From positions 1 to 64,000 of IMG/VR virus record IMGVR_UViG_3300028887_000066: a stretch of DNA of 64,000 bases; one strand, written 5' to 3'. The notes under the pieces were generated by a model. The model saw only the letters and a list, made by a program, of their open reading frames with translations. It ran no database searches and was not told the origin of the DNA. Below, in pieces: positions 59,275 to 64,000 of this stretch; the stretch's first letter is position 1; each line of letters opens with the position of its first letter. The position numbers and the translations under genes are program-made. Source of the stretch: a virus. Its lineage: Duplodnaviria > Heunggongvirae > Uroviricota > Caudoviricetes.

Positions 59275-62200
59275 TTAAATTTCATCAAATTGCACACCTT
59301 GTGGAGTAACGACGAAATTGATCTCGATATATTCCAAAGTAGGAGTTGGCTTCACATAAAGCACTGCACTAATTTCGTGTGCATCCATCTGTTCAGGGGT
59401 CTGACTTGTAGTAAGCCTGTAATCGGTGATACCGCGATCAGTCTTGATCTGAGACAGGATAGGCTTGATGATTCCCTCGAAATCATTCCTCAATGTAGCG
59501 TCGTTCTGATCGAAGATAAGCTTCAATGCAGCCTGTGCGATAAGCTTGCGCATATAGAGCATAAGTCTTACGACATTTACGCGGTTCATCGGAGTGTCAC
59601 CTGAGTACATTGTCTTGTTACCCCAAATCTTAACGCCGTCCTCCGAGAATGTCTTGAGCGGATTGATACGTCCGTTATAAACATTGTCCTCATCCTCAAG
59701 CTTTGCGAAGAAATGCATCTTGATGCACTCAACGTTACCTCTTTCGATACCTGCTGGAGCATACCAAGGGAATTTCTTGTTGTCCACGTTGGCCATATTC
59801 CTGAGTGCGTCCTTTGTCGCGGGAAGATTCACATAAATTGAATTGTCCTTGTCAAAATACTTGACCCAAGGATAGTATGTTGCAGCGTAGTATGTATCGA
59901 TTCCTGCATCATCAAGGTTCTCTGCTGCATCGGCTGATGAATACATTTCGTGTCTTGCATCGCTTGCGCCGAATGGCTTGTCAGGAGTGGTTACGACATA
60001 AAGCGTATCGCCCCTCTTTTCCTCTATCATGTCAAGAACGTCATTCACAAGGGCATTGTTATTAACGTAGTCAATACCAGGTGTAGCGAACAGGTTAATG
60101 ACAAACTGTTCAGGACGTTCAAACTGATTAACGCCTGCAAGGTATGCGTAGTAGTCTGAAGTGATTGCATCCTTGTCGAGACCGAATGCCTCGTAATCCT
60201 GAATCTTCGAGAATGTAAGACCTTCTCCGTTTACGATAGAGCCTTTATACTTGTTAGCCTTGAATTCATCGGTATTTGTACGACTCTTCCTGTAAATGTC
60301 CCAACCGTCGAAGCCGCCGTAAGGATAAACGGTGAATTTACGGAGATTCACATTTTCAAACAATGTTCCTTCCATATCTTCCTCAGTTCCTATAATAGGT
60401 GAACCGTCGTATTCGCCGCCATATACAGGTGAAACAGTCTCCCAAGTAAGTCCGCTTGTTGTAATGTCTCCGTCAATAGTTACCATTGAACCCTCTCCAA
60501 GCACATCTTGATTAAGTGTTGAATCAAGGTGGAATGGGTTTGTATAACCGTGCGTATATTCGTCCGTGTAGGCATTCTTACCCTTATAATAGAGCATATC
60601 GACATCAACACCTCTCAAGTCAGAAAGACCGAAATAGTGTCTCTTTGGCTTTTCATCAGAATATGTAGTATTATATGCAAAAGTAGGAGCTATAAGGTTA
60701 TCGTCATTTGCAATAGCTGCATAATCCCTTACAGGATAGCCCAAGAAACCGCAAGGCACGCAGTTACGTGTCATTTCATTGTCGATAATCTCAACCATTA
60801 CAAATTTAGACATAGACTCATAAGCACCGTCAAGAGTACCGATCTTCAAACCAATGTACTTTGAATCACCAGGCATCATTGTAAGACCCTTGAATGACTC
60901 AAGAATAACAGGATTCGTATCTGAATCATTGAAATCTCTTACAAGCACATCAAAGCGTCCTTCGTCGGGTTTGATGTTGGCAATTGAAATTTTTACAAGT
61001 GAGTTTGAGTTAGTACCATCGGAAATAGTATGGAATCTGAACAGTTTTTTGACCTCAAGATTCTTACTGTCACCCTTTATTTCTGATACGATCCAAGGAG
61101 TAGACGCGCAACGGAACTCTTCATGATAGTCGCTCATATTTGTTGCCGCAACAACATTTGGATGTTCATCGTCATCATTGAGATGGAAGAATGAATTTCC
61201 GCTGATAACCTTAACAGCCTTAACTGTGTTATATCCAGCCATTTCGTCAGATTCAACCTTGCCTACTGCTATATCTGTATCAACGTATACATAGGTTTTT
61301 GAACCGTCTGTCTCTGTAATAGCCTTTACTACATAGATATGACCGACCTCCAAATTCTTGTACTTATTTTCCTCGGCATCCTTATCATAAGCCTGATATG
61401 TTTCATCCCCTGCTGTACTTCCGTCACAAAGGTATCTTTGACCAAGGTATTTTCTTGTAAGGTTTGCTGAAGGTATGCTGATAAAATCGGCGACAGGATT
61501 CATGACGGCTTCAATACGGGTTTCGCTTATTTTAGTAACGACACCGTTAGCTTCTGGGGCATCATTAACACCCTTGTTCATATCGATAATTGAAACCTTT
61601 CCCTCTTCTGCAAGCTTCTGAAGCATTACGTCGTAGAATTCCTCCACGAACACTGCTGCTGTACCGTTTGTTGGATCGGAACCAAGAACATTGTAAATAT
61701 AGTCCTTGCTTCCTGCATTGAAAGAAACGGGGTATTCACCTATCTTTGTATATCCGATTTCATTTTCTGCCTTGCTTGTGGCTTTGTATGCGATAAGTGT
61801 GAAACGTCCTAAATTGTTTGCCGTAACATCGATTGTTTCAGGTGCGTCAGGATCAGTCTCCTTTTTCTTACCAGTGCAGTCATATTCGTTATGAATGTCT
61901 GTATAAGGCTTGATCTCAAGCTTGTCACAGTCAAACATAAGTGTATCGTATTTCTTTTCCTTATCGTCGCAATTGTTCGCCCCATTCCAGAATTTGTAGT
62001 ATGAGCCTCTTGACCTCAACACAGCAACAATATATTTGCTATCGTCATCACCACTTGCAGTGATTAACCAAGCAGGGCCAGCGTTGTATCCGCTAAGACC
62101 AAGCACGCGGCATACATAAAGTTGGTCAGATGCTGAAAGATATGATTTCGCAATATATGGCAATTCATACTTCGGATATTCGCTTCCTCCCTTGAAAGTC

Positions 62201-62394
62201 TCAGGGGATGTTCCACCAAAGTAACTTGTGAATTCCCCCCAATTTGCGATAGGAATTGGCTCAAAGGCAGGCCCTTTCTTTGTTTCGCCTACAAGACCAA
62301 GTGTTGTTATACCTAAGCTCTTAGCTGCATATGACAAGTCTGTAAACTGTGTGTATACGCCTGGACTTGAGTGAGTACCTCTAATTTTTCCCAT
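59275..62394 (-). CDS. Tail sheath protein (T4 gp18-like)
   Basis: SPGVYT, GLVGETKKGPAFEP, YAATYYPWV, PWYAPAGIERG, RINPL, IWGNKT, RVNVVRL and KPTPTLEYIEINF. Confidence 0.95.
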   Translation of the reverse strand: MGKIRGTHSSPGVYTQFTDLSYAAKSLGITTLGLVGETKKGPAFEPIPIANWGEFTSYFGGTSPETFKGGSEYPKYELPYIAKSYLSASDQLYVCRVLGLSGYNAGPAWLITASGDDDSKYIVAVLRSRGSYYKFWNGANNCDDKEKKYDTLMFDCDKLEIKPYTDIHNEYDCTGKKKETDPDAPETIDVTANNLGRFTLIAYKATSKAENEIGYTKIGEYPVSFNAGSKDYIYNVLGSDPTNGTAAVFVEEFYDVMLQKLAEEGKVSIIDMNKGVNDAPEANGVVTKISETRIEAVMNPVADFISIPSANLTRKYLGQRYLCDGSTAGDETYQAYDKDAEENKYKNLEVGHIYVVKAITETDGSKTYVYVDTDIAVGKVESDEMAGYNTVKAVKVISGNSFFHLNDDDEHPNVVAATNMSDYHEEFRCASTPWIVSEIKGDSKNLEVKKLFRFHTISDGTNSNSLVKISIANIKPDEGRFDVLVRDFNDSDTNPVILESFKGLTMMPGDSKYIGLKIGTLDGAYESMSKFVMVEIIDNEMTRNCVPCGFLGYPVRDYAAIANDDNLIAPTFAYNTTYSDEKPKRHYFGLSDLRGVDVDMLYYKGKNAYTDEYTHGYTNPFHLDSTLNQDVLGEGSMVTIDGDITTSGLTWETVSPVYGGEYDGSPIIGTEEDMEGTLFENVNLRKFTVYPYGGFDGWDIYRKSRTNTDEFKANKYKGSIVNGEGLTFSKIQDYEAFGLDKDAITSDYYAYLAGVNQFERPEQFVINLFATPGIDYVNNNALVNDVLDMIEEKRGDTLYVVTTPDKPFGASDARHEMYSSADAAENLDDAGIDTYYAATYYPWVKYFDKDNSIYVNLPATKDALRNMANVDNKKFPWYAPAGIERGNVECIKMHFFAKLEDEDNVYNGRINPLKTFSEDGVKIWGNKTMYSGDTPMNRVNVVRLMLYMRKLIAQAALKLIFDQNDATLRNDFEGIIKPILSQIKTDRGITDYRLTTSQTPEQMDAHEISAVLYVKPTPTLEYIEINFVVTPQGVQFDEI

Positions 62395-62429
62395 ATTTTA
62401 TTATTCTATTATTTACTTGATTATTTTCT

Positions 62430-62437
62430 TATAAATA
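62430..62437 (-). promoter_or_regulatory. Putative phage late promoter TATTTATA (sheath)
   Basis: 35 nt upstream of the sheath ATG. The motif recurs before many genes. Confidence 0.7.
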
Positions 62438-62489
62438 CCCTTTGTTTTCCGAAAATTAAATACACGGTCATAAAAAGCGTAATTTTCCA

Positions 62490-62864
62490 TTAATCGTACA
62501 CTTCATCTGTGAAATCCTCGTTGTAGGAATCACTTCCAGTAGGTGTCCCGAAATCATACATTAAATGCACAATAGGGTCAGAATCCGTAAGGATGTTGTT
62601 GTCTTTGTCTTCATAGTACAATATGAATTCGCCATCATAGAACTTCAAGAAAATGGTGTTGTCAGAAAACACCTCTCCGATGTATTCATTGTTTGCATCA
62701 TAATCGTATATGTCTACAGTTTCACCCTTTTTAATCTTATTGATGACACTAAGGCTTTTTGAACCTGATGTGTTGTCATCCCCGTCATATGGTGTGGCAA
62801 ATCTCACATCATTATTGTGAAACTTCACCGTATTTGTGTATGAGGTCTTAAATACTGATAACAT
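62490..62864 (-). CDS. Hypothetical protein
   Basis: 124 aa acidic ORF co-oriented with neighbours. Confidence 0.6.
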   Translation of the reverse strand: MLSVFKTSYTNTVKFHNNDVRFATPYDGDDNTSGSKSLSVINKIKKGETVDIYDYDANNEYIGEVFSDNTIFLKFYDGEFILYYEDKDNNILTDSDPIVHLMYDFGTPTGSDSYNEDFTDEVYD

Positions 62865-62876
62865 TGTCTTATCTTA

Positions 62877-63998
62877 TTATTCGTTATTGATTATATAGTT
62901 AAAATATTCGGCTATTGATTTCTTGTCACTGAGGTCAATGACATTGCCGATCTCATCCTCATTCAAAATTATATTAGGATTATACCCTCTTAATATCAAT
63001 GAAGCAAAGTTCTGCACGTTCTGTTTCTTGACAGATACCTCGAACCTATCGCCGTCATATGCTTCTATATAGCCTGATTTATTATCCATCTCCTTATTGT
63101 TAATAACTAATGTATAACCATTTGGTATTATATTGTTAAGGACGGCATCAGTTATTGTAAAATCAGTATCTATAGTAAATTCGACGGTAGAGCATTTCTT
63201 TGGAAATTCTATTTTCAGGTCAATTCCTTCAAATGATTTTGCATCATATTCTGTTATATTCACCTCAGGCTTGCTTCTCTTGACCTTCATATTATAAATA
63301 CCAAGATTCATCTTGAAAGGTCTCTCCTCAACCCTGTAGTCATCTTCGGTAATAATATATGCCATTACCTTTATTTTGTATGTCTGTGAATAAAACTGTC
63401 TGTCATCGATATTGTAGTCCGATTCATCACTTATGTTTTCAAGTGTCATCGGCATATAATGACCGTTTGGTCTTATATAGCATTGTCTTGCGGCAAATTT
63501 TTTGTTGATCAATGTATTGAAAGTATTCAATGATGAATATTTCGTAGAAAATATACTGAGCTTAAACATTAGGTCAACTGCCACTGGCTGCTTCATTTTT
63601 AATAATAACAATGACTCGGAGCCGTTGTCATCCAATGCCAATGTTTTTTTCATTGTATAAAACCTTTCGCCTGGAATGTTCCAAAGCCCCGACTGTATTT
63701 TTCCGTACTGTGGATTGTTTTCCCTGTTGACCGTCTTGAAATTCAAAAGCAGGTTATTGTTTGAATCCGTATATTTCCATGACTGAGAATACTCCGAAAA
63801 ACGTTGGTTACTGTATAATGTCATTGTTGGAAATACCGTTCCCTCGTCGCTTATTATCCTCAGTTCCTCATCAGCCCACCTTTTAAAATCTGCGTCAATG
63901 TCATCATACACAACAGTTTTCGGAATAAATGTACCATTTGAGAGGATGTCCTTCATTAATTCTATCCTGCGCTCCTTTCCTACTGCGCCCTCTCTAAG
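62877..63998 (-). CDS. Neck / tail-terminator-like protein, N-terminus beyond the window
   Basis: The frame stays open upstream of the track start at 63956 (LREGAVGKERRIELMKDIL). PVAVDLMFKLSIFS and DRQFYSQTYKIKVMAY resemble the gp15-type terminator fold. It lies upstream of the sheath. Confidence 0.55.
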   Translation of the reverse strand, partial: LREGAVGKERRIELMKDILSNGTFIPKTVVYDDIDADFKRWADEELRIISDEGTVFPTMTLYSNQRFSEYSQSWKYTDSNNNLLLNFKTVNRENNPQYGKIQSGLWNIPGERFYTMKKTLALDDNGSESLLLLKMKQPVAVDLMFKLSIFSTKYSSLNTFNTLINKKFAARQCYIRPNGHYMPMTLENISDESDYNIDDRQFYSQTYKIKVMAYIITEDDYRVEERPFKMNLGIYNMKVKRSKPEVNITEYDAKSFEGIDLKIEFPKKCSTVEFTIDTDFTITDAVLNNIIPNGYTLVINNKEMDNKSGYIEAYDGDRFEVSVKKQNVQNFASLILRGYNPNIILNEDEIGNVIDLSDKKSIAEYFNYIINNE

Positions 63999-64000
63999 TT

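Noticed and set aside
1-64000. Alternative genetic code (TAG or TGA recoding as in Lak or some crAss-like phages)
   Set aside because: Code-11 ORFs tile the window with proteins up to 2025 aa, and TAG and TGA act as genuine stops (e.g. 7801, 52660, 25857).
1-64000. tRNA or rRNA genes
   Set aside because: Intergenic gaps are short and none showed a cloverleaf or T-loop pattern by eye. tRNAscan was not run.

Overview
This window is a gene-dense, AT-rich segment of a large (probably jumbo) myovirus read in the standard genetic code. Most genes lie on the minus strand. TAnnTTTG promoter elements point to a Bacteroidota host. From right to left it holds: a neck/tail-terminator-like gene, the tail sheath, a convergently oriented tail tube, a cluster of endonuclease genes around an orphan structured RNA resembling an IS200/IS605 TnpB omega (right-end) RNA, a tail-assembly-chaperone pair with a probable programmed frameshift, the tape measure protein, large baseplate/hub proteins carrying OmpA-like and peptidoglycan-hydrolase domains, a replication/recombination block (gp32-like SSB, UvsX/RecA, 5'-3' flap exonuclease, a DnaB/gp41-like helicase with a non-canonical Val1 class-3 intein, nrdD and nrdG), baseplate wedge genes and tandem paralogous tail fibres. 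The best candidates for something new are the pseudoknotted tnpB-less RNA at about 55701-55820, the intein, the chaperone frameshift and a TATTTATA promoter motif. All product calls come from motifs recognised by eye; no database searches were run.
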